Shown: positions 29,062-37,614, counted from the stretch's first letter. The stretch: DNA of 37,614 nucleotides from Candidatus Omnitrophota bacterium (GCA_023228185.1 JALOBQ010000002.1:1-37614), one strand, 5' to 3'. Translations and numbers: made by a program. The notes: generated by a model from the letters alone, not told the origin.

Positions 29062-31233
29062 TTATTCTTGCTGTTTATTCTCTCCTGTTAAATCCTTAAG
29101 CCAATTTTCCCTATCCACTAATATCTTGCGCGGCTTACTGCCTTCAAATGCGCCAACTAAACCATCAGCTTCCATCTGGTCAATGATGCGCGCCGCCCGC
29201 GTATATCCTAAACGCATACGCCTCTGTAAAATTGAAACGGAAGCCTGGTTACTCTCCATAATCACTCTTACGGCTTCGTCAAAAAGTTCGTCTTTCTCGC
29301 CAGCTCCGGGTGAGCCGCTTTTCTGCTGCTGGCTGAGGATCTCTTCATCATAAACAGGTTCGCCTTGCAATTTGATAAAAGAAACCACGCGTTCGATTTC
29401 TTCATCTTTAACCAAAGCTCCCTGTATACGGATCAAGTCTTCTTTGCCCGGCTGTAAAAACAGCATATCCCCTTTGCCTAAAAGAGTTTCCGCGCCGTTC
29501 ATATCCAGAACCGTACGCGAATCAACTTTGGAAGCGACTTTAAAAGATATACGCGCCGGTAAATTCGCTTTAATTACACCGGTGATTACGTCAACTGAAG
29601 GCCGCTGCGTGGCTAAAATCAAATGTATTCCTACAGCGCGGGATAACTGCGCAAGGCGGGTAATCGCGTTTTCAATCTGGTCGCGTGCCACGCTCATTAA
29701 ATCAGCGAATTCATCGACCACAACTATAATATAAGGGATCTTATCCTCTTGTTTATCATTATAAGCCTCAATATTCCTGGCGCCGGCTTTAGAGAGCAAT
29801 TGATAGCGCTCTTCCATTTCACTAACTACCCAATTCAGCGCGACAGCCGCTTTTTTGGCATCCGTAACCACAGGGCATAATAAATGCGGCAGGCCGTTAA
29901 AAGGCATTAGTTCAACCATTTTCGGGTCAATCATCAGGAATTTCAGATCATTGGGAGAAGATTTAAATAATAAAGAGAGAATACAAGTATTTACGCAAAC
30001 GGTTTTTCCGGAACCCGTGGTCCCGGCAACTAAAAGATGCGGCATACCTTCCAAGTCGCCAAAAACAGGTTTACCGGTAATATCCTTGCCTAAAGCAAGT
30101 GTAAGTCCATGGTCTTTTTTATTAAAATCATTTGCGCTGAGCAGATCTTTGATACAAACCAAGCTACTGTGTAGATTAGGAACTTCTACGCCCACCCTTC
30201 CTTTACCCGGGATAGGCGCGATGATCCTTACAGATTGAGCTTTAATCGCCAGGGCGATATCATCGCTTAAATTTTCAATACGGTTTATTTTTACGCCGGG
30301 AGCAGGTTCTAATTCATAGCGGGTGATCACCGGGCCGCGGATGATATCCGTAACTTTGGCCGAGATACCAAAATCAGCAAGCGTATCCTCTAAAATCCGC
30401 GCGCTCGCCTCCAGGTCTTCTTTCATCAAGCGGCTATCTGGAGCAACAGGGTCATTTAAAAGATCCAGCGAAGGCACCTGATAATCACCACTTTTTAATT
30501 CCACGGGTTTACTCTTTACCTGCGGCTTAGCCGATTTTACCAAAACCTGTTCAGGCATAATAATCTTGGGCTTGGCCGCGGGGATCTCCCGAATAAACGC
30601 AGCTTCTTTCTTAACGGTGTTATTTTTATTATTCTGCGGGAACTTCACTTTTACAGAGGTGGATCTATCTTTAGCCCGAAAATTTAAAATGCCGCTGAAA
30701 GCGGCCCTTGTTTTATCCGTGACATTCTGGAATAAAGAAGAAATCATAATTTCCGTGACTAAAGCCAGAGAAAGTATAATAAAAGTCAAAAGTATGATCA
30801 AACCGCCCAGGCGGCTAAAATAAGCGGTAATAAAATTTGAGATTAATGAACCGAAAAATCCGGCGGTATAAAACCTGACCAGACTGTTATGCAGATTAAA
30901 CATTCCCACGCTGGAACTAATCGAGAGAAGCAAAACAAGCATTCCTAAAATACGCGGAATGCTTAAGTATGGTTTTTCCTGCCGGAAGAATTTTACTCCG
31001 AGCATAATTACTAAAAGCGGGATGATAAAACTTGATACCCTGCCGAATAAAAAAACAATTAAACCCGCCAGGTAAGCGCCGAAAACACCGAGCAGGTTTT
31101 TGGGAGGGATATTTGGGCTGGATGTATAAAAAACAAGGTCAAAACGGTCAAATCTAATGAGGCTGGCTAAAATCATCAGCCCCACCGCGACTAAAATAAC
31201 GCCTTTGACCTCATTTAATCTTCTTTCTCTCAC
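29062..31233 (-). CDS. ftsK: DNA translocase FtsK
   Basis: 723 aa with N-terminal TM helices, Walker A VAGTTGSGKTV and the gamma winged-helix SILQRRMRLGYTRAARIIDQME. Confidence 0.95.
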   Translation of the reverse strand: MRERRLNEVKGVILVAVGLMILASLIRFDRFDLVFYTSSPNIPPKNLLGVFGAYLAGLIVFLFGRVSSFIIPLLVIMLGVKFFRQEKPYLSIPRILGMLVLLLSISSSVGMFNLHNSLVRFYTAGFFGSLISNFITAYFSRLGGLIILLTFIILSLALVTEIMISSLFQNVTDKTRAAFSGILNFRAKDRSTSVKVKFPQNNKNNTVKKEAAFIREIPAAKPKIIMPEQVLVKSAKPQVKSKPVELKSGDYQVPSLDLLNDPVAPDSRLMKEDLEASARILEDTLADFGISAKVTDIIRGPVITRYELEPAPGVKINRIENLSDDIALAIKAQSVRIIAPIPGKGRVGVEVPNLHSSLVCIKDLLSANDFNKKDHGLTLALGKDITGKPVFGDLEGMPHLLVAGTTGSGKTVCVNTCILSLLFKSSPNDLKFLMIDPKMVELMPFNGLPHLLCPVVTDAKKAAVALNWVVSEMEERYQLLSKAGARNIEAYNDKQEDKIPYIIVVVDEFADLMSVARDQIENAITRLAQLSRAVGIHLILATQRPSVDVITGVIKANLPARISFKVASKVDSRTVLDMNGAETLLGKGDMLFLQPGKEDLIRIQGALVKDEEIERVVSFIKLQGEPVYDEEILSQQQKSGSPGAGEKDELFDEAVRVIMESNQASVSILQRRMRLGYTRAARIIDQMEADGLVGAFEGSKPRKILVDRENWLKDLTGENKQQE

Positions 31234-31240
31234 TGCCTGA

Positions 31241-33331
31241 TTAATTACTCTTTGGCTCTTGCGCCTGCTTCTTACTTAAATTAATCCTGCCTAATTCATC
31301 GATACCAATGACTTTGACTCTGATCTCATCGCCGATTTTAACCACGTCTTCCGGCTTTTTAACAAAAGTATCGGAAAGTTCTGAAACATGGACTAATCCC
31401 TCTTTACGCGGGGCGATCTCAACAAAAGCGCCAAACTGCATCAGGCGCTTTACTTTTCCAATATAAATCCGGCCAACCTCGACATCTTCGGTAATCGCTT
31501 TAATCATTTTGATTGCCGCGTCCGACCCTTTAGCGTCAGTTGAACCAACCAGCACAGTGCCGTCATCCTTAATATCAATACTGGCTCCGGTAGCCGCGAT
31601 AATTGCTTTAATTGTTTTGCCGCCCGGGCCGATTAACTCTCCGATTTTCTCCGTATTGATCTTTAGAACATCGATCCGTGGAGCAAAGCTGGAAAGTTCC
31701 TCTCTGGGTTGGCTTAAAGCAGTATGCATCTTGTCAAGTATGAAAAACCTTCCTTCCCTGGACTGAACAAGACAAGCCTTTAAAAGTTCAAGCGATATAC
31801 CGTCGATCTTAAGGTCAAGCTGAACCGCGGTAATCCCTGTTTTTGTCCCGGCGACCTTAAAATCCATATCACCAAAATGATCTTCTAAACCAGCAATATC
31901 CGTAAGAATTACCGTTTTATCGCCTTCTTTAACCAAACCTAAAGCTACACCACCAACTGCCTCTTTGATCGGCACTCCGGCGTCCATCAATGAAAGAGTG
32001 GCCGCGCAAACAGAAGCCATACTGCTTGAACCGTTAGACTCTAAAATTTCAGAAACTACCCTTACTGTGTAAGGAAACTTTTCTTTTGAAGGCAATATCG
32101 CCAAAAGCGCTTTCTCCGCTAAAGCACCGTGGCCAATTTCGCGCCTTCCCGGGCCACGCATCGGTTTTGTTTCGCCGACGCTAAAAGAAGGAAAATTATA
32201 GTGCAGCATAAAAGATTTTTTCTTTTCGCCTTCTAAAGCTTCGACTAATTGTTCATCATCTCCGGTGCCTAAAGTGGTGATCGCTAAACTTTGCGTCTGG
32301 CCGCGCGTAAAAAGGCTTGAGCCATGGGTACGCGGCAGAACGGAAACTTCGCAGCTAATCGGCCGGATCTCTTTAAAAGTCCGCCCATCAATACGCCTAT
32401 TTTCATTAAGGATCATCTTGCGTACCTGTTTTTTCTCAACTTCATGCAGGCCGGCATAGATATCCACAGCTTCGTAGCCTTCGGCAACCAACTTCTCTTC
32501 CAATTCCTTAGTTAAAAGCGCGATCTCTTCCTCACGCTCCTCTTTCTTGCTTAACTGGTAAACCTTATTTAATTTTTCTTGAGAAAGCGATTCAATCTTT
32601 GTCAATAATGCAGGATCGATCGACTTAAATTCTATATTATCGGCTTTTGGGCGGCCATACAGCTTTTTAAATTCCTCTTGCATCAGCAGGATCGGCTGTA
32701 AATTTTCCACGCTAAATTTAACCGCGTCAAGATAAATGTCTTCGGAGACCTCATTTGCTCTTGACTCTAACATCACCACGCCTTTTTGATTGATTGTAAC
32801 GACAACTTCCAGATCTGCTGTTTCAAGCTGCTCATAAGTAGGATTAAGCACAAACTGTTCGTTAATCCTCGCCACTCGGCAACAGGCAAGCGGGCCGTTA
32901 AAAGGAATATCCGATATGCTTAAAGCGGCGCTTGCGCCGATCAAAGCTAAAATATCAGGATCATTTTCCCCATCGCTGGACAAAACAATCGCGATAACCT
33001 GCACTTCATTTAAAAAGCCTTCGGGAAATAATGGGCGGATGGGCCGGTCAATAAGACGGCTTGTTAAAATTTCACTTTCCGATGGGCGGCCTTCACGTTT
33101 GAAAAAACCACCCGGGATCCTTCCGGCGGCATAAGTTTTCTCCTGGTATTCGACTGTTAAAGGAAAAAAATCCTGGCCTTCCTTTATCTTTTTAGACATG
33201 CAGGCGGTAACCAATACCACAGTGCCACCGTAGCTAACGGTCACTGAACCGTTGGCTTGCTTGGCGATCCTTCCGGTTTCTAAAATAAGCTCATCCTTAC
33301 CAAATTTTATTTTCAGGCTATTATTTTGCAT
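31241..33331 (-). CDS. pnp: Polyribonucleotide nucleotidyltransferase (PNPase)
   Basis: 696 aa with two RNase PH domains, a KH domain (IGPGGKTIK) and an S1 domain (GKVKRLMQFGAFVEI). Confidence 0.96.
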   Translation of the reverse strand: MQNNSLKIKFGKDELILETGRIAKQANGSVTVSYGGTVVLVTACMSKKIKEGQDFFPLTVEYQEKTYAAGRIPGGFFKREGRPSESEILTSRLIDRPIRPLFPEGFLNEVQVIAIVLSSDGENDPDILALIGASAALSISDIPFNGPLACCRVARINEQFVLNPTYEQLETADLEVVVTINQKGVVMLESRANEVSEDIYLDAVKFSVENLQPILLMQEEFKKLYGRPKADNIEFKSIDPALLTKIESLSQEKLNKVYQLSKKEEREEEIALLTKELEEKLVAEGYEAVDIYAGLHEVEKKQVRKMILNENRRIDGRTFKEIRPISCEVSVLPRTHGSSLFTRGQTQSLAITTLGTGDDEQLVEALEGEKKKSFMLHYNFPSFSVGETKPMRGPGRREIGHGALAEKALLAILPSKEKFPYTVRVVSEILESNGSSSMASVCAATLSLMDAGVPIKEAVGGVALGLVKEGDKTVILTDIAGLEDHFGDMDFKVAGTKTGITAVQLDLKIDGISLELLKACLVQSREGRFFILDKMHTALSQPREELSSFAPRIDVLKINTEKIGELIGPGGKTIKAIIAATGASIDIKDDGTVLVGSTDAKGSDAAIKMIKAITEDVEVGRIYIGKVKRLMQFGAFVEIAPRKEGLVHVSELSDTFVKKPEDVVKIGDEIRVKVIGIDELGRINLSKKQAQEPKSN

Positions 33332-33379
33332 ACTTATTTTCTCTCTCTCGTCTATTAATTATCAGGTGTAAATTTTAAA

Positions 33380-33649
33380 TTACTTTCTCAAGTTCAGTTT
33401 TCCCAGGATCTCTTCGTACTTCTTCATATCCTTGTCCTTGAGATAATTGAGGAGGCTGCGGCGTTTGCCGACCATCAAAAGCAACCCGCGGCGAGAATGG
33501 AAATCTTTCTTATGGCTCTTAAAATGATCGCCTAATGAATTAATCCTCTCGGTTAAAATCGCAATTTGCACTTCAGCAGAACCGGTATCCCTGGCATGCA
33601 CCTTAAAATCATCAATAATTTTAGCTTTCTTTTCTTTGACCAAAACCAA
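33380..33649 (-). CDS. rpsO: 30S ribosomal protein S15
   Basis: Carries the [10 protein letters not shown] and [12 protein letters not shown] motifs. The ORF track starts at GTG 33658, but that codon overlaps the GGAGG Shine-Dalgarno. TTG at 33649 lies 8 nt after GGAGG and gives the canonical 89 aa. Confidence 0.9.
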   Translation of the reverse strand: MVLVKEKKAKIIDDFKVHARDTGSAEVQIAILTERINSLGDHFKSHKKDFHSRRGLLLMVGKRRSLLNYLKDKDMKKYEEILGKLNLRK

Positions 33650-33679
33650 TTTCTTCACCTCCCTTTCAATAATTTATTG

Positions 33680-33708
33680 ATTATACGTTAACTCATTTGA
33701 TAAGTCAA
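33680..33708 (-). promoter_or_regulatory. Sigma70 promoter of rpsO
   Basis: Minus strand: TTGACT (33708..33703), a 17-nt spacer, then TATAAT (33685..33680). Confidence 0.65.
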
Positions 33709-33719
33709 TAAATTATCTT

Positions 33720-33845
33720 TTATTTCTTGCCTAATAACTCCACGATCTTGTTTAACTTGATTACCACTAAAACGCTAAAAACCACGAACCAAACAGTTAA
33801 TCCCAAAGAAATCAAACCCGCTACGAAATTTGCCGCATTAGTCAT
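33720..33845 (-). CDS. Unannotated 41-aa single-pass membrane peptide
   Basis: Below the ORF-track size cutoff. My own translation is MTNAANFVAGLISLGLTVWFVVFSVLVVIKLNKIVELLGKK*. The ATG is preceded by AAGGAGGAAGTT. It has one hydrophobic helix and a basic tail. Confidence 0.55.
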   Translation of the reverse strand: MTNAANFVAGLISLGLTVWFVVFSVLVVIKLNKIVELLGKK

Positions 33846-33890
33846 AACTTCCTCCTTATTTATTTGTTAATATTAGCATAATAATTTGAA

Positions 33891-34304
33891 TTATGCAACT
33901 TCAATCTCGTGAATTTTACTGCGCCTGATTTTCTTTTCTGAACGCTTGCGTTTATTATCCAACATCCTGGCTTTCTGGGCAGCGCTTTTTTTACGGTTCT
34001 GCCTGCGCAGTTTTTCCCGTTCTGCTTGCGCCTTAAGGATTTGCCTGGCATAAAGCTTGGCTAATTTCTCCGCCAAAATCTTTCTGGCAAAATAGCGATT
34101 TTGCGCCTGCGAGCGTTCAATTTGGCATTTAACTTCTAAGCCTGTAGGTAAATGTTTTAAATAAACACAGGTAGATGTTTTATTAACGTTCTGTCCTCCG
34201 GGAGCGCTGGAACGGATAAACTTTTCCTCAAGCTGGCCTTCAGGAATGATCAAAGATATCTCCGGCGTAGATAGAGTATTTATTTTATTCAACAATCTCT
34301 GCAT
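33891..34304 (-). CDS. arfB: Stand-alone GGQ-domain peptidyl-tRNA hydrolase (ArfB/YaeJ-like ribosome rescue factor)
   Basis: 137 aa with SSAPGGQNVNKTSTCVYLKHLPTG, matching RF domain 3, plus a Lys/Arg-rich C-terminal tail. There is an alternative start at TTG 34253, preceded by GGAG 7 nt upstream (MIIPEGQLEE...). Confidence 0.8.
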   Translation of the reverse strand: MQRLLNKINTLSTPEISLIIPEGQLEEKFIRSSAPGGQNVNKTSTCVYLKHLPTGLEVKCQIERSQAQNRYFARKILAEKLAKLYARQILKAQAEREKLRRQNRKKSAAQKARMLDNKRKRSEKKIRRSKIHEIEVA

Positions 34305-34938
34305 TGATTTTTTTAATTAAGCTTTCTAATTCCCTAACCAGCGGAGCGCTCAAAAGTTTAAGCACTTCAGTTTCCCGTTTAAGCGATTTTAAAGAACCCA
34401 GCAAACGATTAAGCGTGGCGAACTTTCTCTTCTGTTGAGCCTCTTCAGGCTCAAGCTCCTGCCTTTGCCGGATTAACGCGGTAAGATCTTTTTTTGCTTC
34501 TATTGCCTGGCGGCCATTCTCAAAAATACCTTTTTTAAGGCTGGCGTAATCAGCGCTATCCGGAGTTAATTTATTTTTAGCCTGGCGCAAAACATCAATC
34601 GCTTCATAGCTGGGCAAACTGGCAGGGTTGGCTTCAAGCATAAATTCTTCCTTAAGATAACGCGGCTCCTCTTTCTCCAGAAAATAATACGATTTCAGCA
34701 GTTTCATCGCCGTCTGCTTGCGAATGCCTATTTCTTTAGCCGCGTATATATCAAAACTGCTATAGCCCCATTCTTTATATAATTTATCTTTCCAGGCCGA
34801 ATACAGACAACGGCCTAATTCGATCCAGGAACTTTTAAAACTTTTAGCGCTTTCCAATATGTGGTAACGCAAGCTTCCCGCGTCTAAATTCTGCATTTTC
34901 TCTTCAAGATTTTGCAATGATTTTGGTTTGTTTTCCAT
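34285..34938 (-). CDS. Hypothetical protein (possible HTH N-domain + coiled-coil C-terminus)
   Basis: 217 aa that fills the gap without conflict. The segment WKDKLYKEWGYSSFDIYAAKEIGIRKQTAMKLLKSY resembles an HTH. I recognise no family. Confidence 0.6.
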   Translation of the reverse strand: MENKPKSLQNLEEKMQNLDAGSLRYHILESAKSFKSSWIELGRCLYSAWKDKLYKEWGYSSFDIYAAKEIGIRKQTAMKLLKSYYFLEKEEPRYLKEEFMLEANPASLPSYEAIDVLRQAKNKLTPDSADYASLKKGIFENGRQAIEAKKDLTALIRQRQELEPEEAQQKRKFATLNRLLGSLKSLKRETEVLKLLSAPLVRELESLIKKINAEIVE

Positions 34939-34955
34939 AATTTTATAATTCCCGG

Positions 34956-36095
34956 TTAATTCCCTATTGATTTTAGCCCATCGGTGAAATTCTTTATCTT
35001 CTCCACTGTTTTAAGCACTTTACTTGCCAGGTCAACGGGAGACTGGTTGGCCAAGTTCTTCATCGCCGCATTTAAAATAATACCCTTAACCTTATTAGGA
35101 TCCAAAGCCGGTTTATCCAAGAGAGTGTTTATTGTAAACTCAAAATCCAAGTTACCAGATTCATCAGCGAACAAATCTAAAGTATTCTGCGTAATATCCA
35201 ATCCGGACAATTCCTCGAAACTGTCTTTGGCCATATTCTGCTGGCCATAGACTAAAGCAAAAAGGCGTAAATTATTGGTAATCTCCAGTTGATTATCTTT
35301 TGCCTTGAACAAACTAGTCAAATCCAGTTTACCGGTAGAGATTTTTTTATGGGAAATAAAATTGCCGTAATAAGGCGCAAACTGCGCTACCTCTAGGCCT
35401 TTTAACTCTAGTTTAGCATCCATATTTTTAGCCGCCATATCTACCCAGCCTTTAGCAAACAGGCTTCCCAAAGCCCCGCCGGATTTATCCGTAAAATCAG
35501 CGCTAAAATCAAAACGCATATTCAAAGATGTAGGCGGAAAAATATCTTTAGCAAGATTCAAATTAATTTTATCAACAATTAGCTCGTAATCGGCGGAAGT
35601 TACTGTCTTGTCCGTAAAAATTACTTTGCCATTTTTGATCTGCAGGCCGGCCAAGTAAATATCCGGCGGCTTGCCGCCGGTTTGCTTGGGCACGGGCAGA
35701 TTAAACTTGCCAGGCGCACTTTGCAGAAGAGTAATTTCAGGCTCTAATAAATCCAAATTATTAATCACTAATTTACCGGCAAAAAAACCCAGCGGATTGA
35801 TGGAAATGGAAACCTGCTTGATTTTCACCAGGGTTCCGATTTCCAATTGCGAAAGGTGCACGCGTAACGGCAGGCTTAAATCAATGCTTTTTAATTTCGC
35901 TGTGGTATTTAAATTTTTTTGTATCTGATCAACGACGATCTGCCTGCCGAAAATACCGAATATTAATTTTGCCAGGATGAACAAAACCAGCAAAAACCCC
36001 AGTAAAAATATCAACCATTTGAATTTCTTCAGCAATCCAGCCACTTTAAGCTCCTGATCTTTATTTTTAAAACGTTTTAGCCCGCTTTCAGGCAA
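34956..36095 (-). CDS. AsmA/DUF748-like membrane-anchored protein
   Basis: 379 aa with an N-terminal TM helix followed by beta-rich repeats (LVINNLDLLEPEITLL, LQIKNGKVIFTDKTV) typical of the AsmA/DUF748 N-region. The start overlaps the plsC end by 19 nt. Confidence 0.65.
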   Translation of the reverse strand: MPESGLKRFKNKDQELKVAGLLKKFKWLIFLLGFLLVLFILAKLIFGIFGRQIVVDQIQKNLNTTAKLKSIDLSLPLRVHLSQLEIGTLVKIKQVSISINPLGFFAGKLVINNLDLLEPEITLLQSAPGKFNLPVPKQTGGKPPDIYLAGLQIKNGKVIFTDKTVTSADYELIVDKINLNLAKDIFPPTSLNMRFDFSADFTDKSGGALGSLFAKGWVDMAAKNMDAKLELKGLEVAQFAPYYGNFISHKKISTGKLDLTSLFKAKDNQLEITNNLRLFALVYGQQNMAKDSFEELSGLDITQNTLDLFADESGNLDFEFTINTLLDKPALDPNKVKGIILNAAMKNLANQSPVDLASKVLKTVEKIKNFTDGLKSIGN

Positions 36096-36802
36096 TCATC
36101 GATTTTTACGCGCACCAAGTCGCGAAGTTTAGCAAAGTCCGCGGAGCTAAAAGGCTCCGTGGAGATAGCCGGCAAGACCGTTACCTTGACAAAAGCTTTA
36201 TCTTTGAATATCCAGCTGCCCCGCGGAATAGCTTCGCGGGTGCCATTAATACAAATCGGCAACACCGGCTTTTTCTCTTTGATCGCCAACTTAAACGCGC
36301 CATTCTGAAATTCATTCATTTGATCAGTCTGGCTGCGTGTGCCTTCGGGAAAAAACAAAACCGACATACCGTTTCTTAACCACAAAGCAGCCTGATGATA
36401 AACACGCTTAATGCTGGCAAAATCTCCGCGCTCTAATTTGATGTGTTTGATCAAAGTCAGGCACCAACCCATAAAAGGAATATTAAAAAGGCTGGCCTTG
36501 GCCACCCATTTAAACTGCATGCGCGTCTTATAAAGCACGACAATATCAGCTAAACTCTGGTGATTGGCGATCACCACGTAAACCTCTTTCGGATTGATAT
36601 TTTCCAAGCCGCTCACCTGAATATTCCAATAAGGATTCAACGCGCTCACCGCGTCAGACCACCAGAAACACTGCGCGTGAGTGGCCTTCTTCAATTTATC
36701 AAAAGGCCAAAGCAGCAGGTTTAAAATAAAAACCACGATAAATAATAAAATCGTCAGTATGATACTGCCTAGCCAAATAACTATAGAAAGTAAAGTTTTC
36801 AT
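36077..36802 (-). CDS. plsC: 1-acyl-sn-glycerol-3-phosphate acyltransferase
   Basis: 241 aa with an N-terminal TM helix and the acyltransferase motifs NHQSLAD (HX4D) and FPEGTRS. Confidence 0.9.
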   Translation of the reverse strand: MKTLLSIVIWLGSIILTILLFIVVFILNLLLWPFDKLKKATHAQCFWWSDAVSALNPYWNIQVSGLENINPKEVYVVIANHQSLADIVVLYKTRMQFKWVAKASLFNIPFMGWCLTLIKHIKLERGDFASIKRVYHQAALWLRNGMSVLFFPEGTRSQTDQMNEFQNGAFKLAIKEKKPVLPICINGTREAIPRGSWIFKDKAFVKVTVLPAISTEPFSSADFAKLRDLVRVKIDDCLKAG

Positions 36803-36810
36803 AATTTATA

Positions 36811-36839
36811 ATTATGTCTTAGTAAAACCGCTTTGTCAA
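36811..36839 (-). promoter_or_regulatory. Sigma70 promoter placed for a leaderless or near-leaderless plsC mRNA
   Basis: Minus strand: TTGACA (36839..36834), a 17-nt spacer, then CATAAT (36816..36811). Only 8 nt (tataaatt) follow before the plsC ATG at 36802, and there is no Shine-Dalgarno. Confidence 0.55.
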
Positions 36840-36861
36840 ACAATTAAACCCCATCTTAAAA

Positions 36862-37614
36862 TCAACGCCTTACCGCCGAAGGGCAAATTTGGTTATAAGC
36901 GCAATAAGTGCATGCCTTGAATTCAGGTTTAGCCGGATAATCCTGTTGGCGGATCCCCGCGGAAACTTTTAAGATATCTTCTTTTATATCGCCTAGATCA
37001 TTTTCCGTTAACGCGTGCCTGCCGATGATCCCTGGCTCTAAAAAGTATAATGCCACCGCCGTTGGCAAAACACCAAATATCTGCTGATAAGCTAAAGCGT
37101 AAAGCGCCAGCTGTTTACTTTCTTTGACCCGTTTATCCGCATCTTTTTGGGCCTTGATCGCTGAGGTTTTAAAATCCATAATTACCGCATCAGATCCATC
37201 TATATCTATACGGTCAAACCTGCCATTGATCTTGTTATTGGCAATTACAAAAGAAAAATCTTTCTCGATGAACTTCGGGATAACGTTACGGCTTTCCTCA
37301 TCATTGTAGAATCTAATCAAAGCCTCTCGGCCAACACGAAAACGCTCCTGCTGATGCTTGAGATCCAAAAATCCCTCCGGGTCGAAATTAGCTGCGAAAC
37401 AATCCAGAAGAGCGCCTACAGCCATCTGCTCGCCATTAAGTTTACGCAAAAGATAACTGCTCACAGCCTGATGCATTGCCCGGCCGTAAATAACCGTATG
37501 GTGTTCCATAATCGGCACGCGCAATATATTTACATATTTGTATTTTAAAGGGCAGGTTAAATAATCATCGATCTGATAATAACTTAAGCTAACCAGCTTA
37601 TCCGGCGGTATCTT
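36862..37614 (-). CDS. PD-(D/E)XK (RecB/AddB/Cas4-type) nuclease domain with Fe-S cysteines; 5' end beyond window
   Basis: The frame stays open upstream of the track's TTG start to the window edge (KIPPDKLVSLSYYQIDDYLTCPLKYKYVNILRVP...). It has a DxK-type core (RFDRIDIDGSDAVIMDFKTS) and the Cys cluster C...CTYCAYNQIC. It is probably the C-terminus of a UvrD/AddB-like helicase-nuclease. Confidence 0.75.
   Translation of the reverse strand, partial: KIPPDKLVSLSYYQIDDYLTCPLKYKYVNILRVPIMEHHTVIYGRAMHQAVSSYLLRKLNGEQMAVGALLDCFAANFDPEGFLDLKHQQERFRVGREALIRFYNDEESRNVIPKFIEKDFSFVIANNKINGRFDRIDIDGSDAVIMDFKTSAIKAQKDADKRVKESKQLALYALAYQQIFGVLPTAVALYFLEPGIIGRHALTENDLGDIKEDILKVSAGIRQQDYPAKPEFKACTYCAYNQICPSAVRR

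Noticed and set aside
33332-33379. An rpsO-pnp intergenic RNase III hairpin, as in E. coli.
   Set aside because: The spacer is only 48 nt and shows no evident stem. I could not support a structured element.
33860-34051. A 63-aa minus-strand ORF.
   Set aside because: It is an alternative frame inside the GGQ (ArfB-like) gene. Its composition is Arg/Lys-rich from frame-shifted reading of the basic tail.
36862-37614. The PD-(D/E)XK Fe-S nuclease as a stand-alone Cas4 or defence nuclease.
   Set aside because: The reading frame continues beyond the window, so it is a domain of a larger protein. There are no cas genes, repeats or other defence genes nearby.

Overview
This 37.6 kb window is densely packed with core housekeeping genes and has moderate to low GC. 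It looks bacterial, probably from an uncultivated lineage, but taxonomy cannot be fixed from sequence alone. 40 of 41 genes lie on the minus strand, many with 1-4 nt start/stop overlaps. In direction of transcription (high to low coordinates) the content is: a partial helicase-associated PD-(D/E)XK nuclease; plsC, an AsmA/DUF748-like protein, a 217-aa unknown, an ArfB-like GGQ protein and an unannotated 41-aa membrane peptide; rpsO-pnp-ftsK-rodZ-rimO-pgsA-pgpA; the lone plus-strand gene (CinA/PncC-like); an FMN-riboswitch-led riboflavin operon ribBA-ribH-nusB-PHP-ribD-ribE; tRNA-Pro(CGG); acyP-ligA-lipoprotein-MBL hydrolase-xerD-cca-rbfA-nrnA-ribF; and the dcw cluster mraZ-rsmH-ftsL-ftsI-murE-murF-mraY-murD-ftsW-murG-murC. 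I see no CRISPR array, transposon, prophage or defence island, and no intergenic gap larger than about 290 nt. I therefore cannot support a claim of a new multi-gene system here. The leads worth checking are modest: an in-frame TAA interrupting an otherwise intact mraZ next to an intact MraZ operator; a TrpH-like PHP phosphoesterase translationally coupled inside the rib operon (a candidate for the pathway's phosphatase step); a collinear motif pair shared by two operon-internal spacers; a strong-RBS 41-aa membrane ORF; overlapping divergent promoters; and a probably leaderless plsC.
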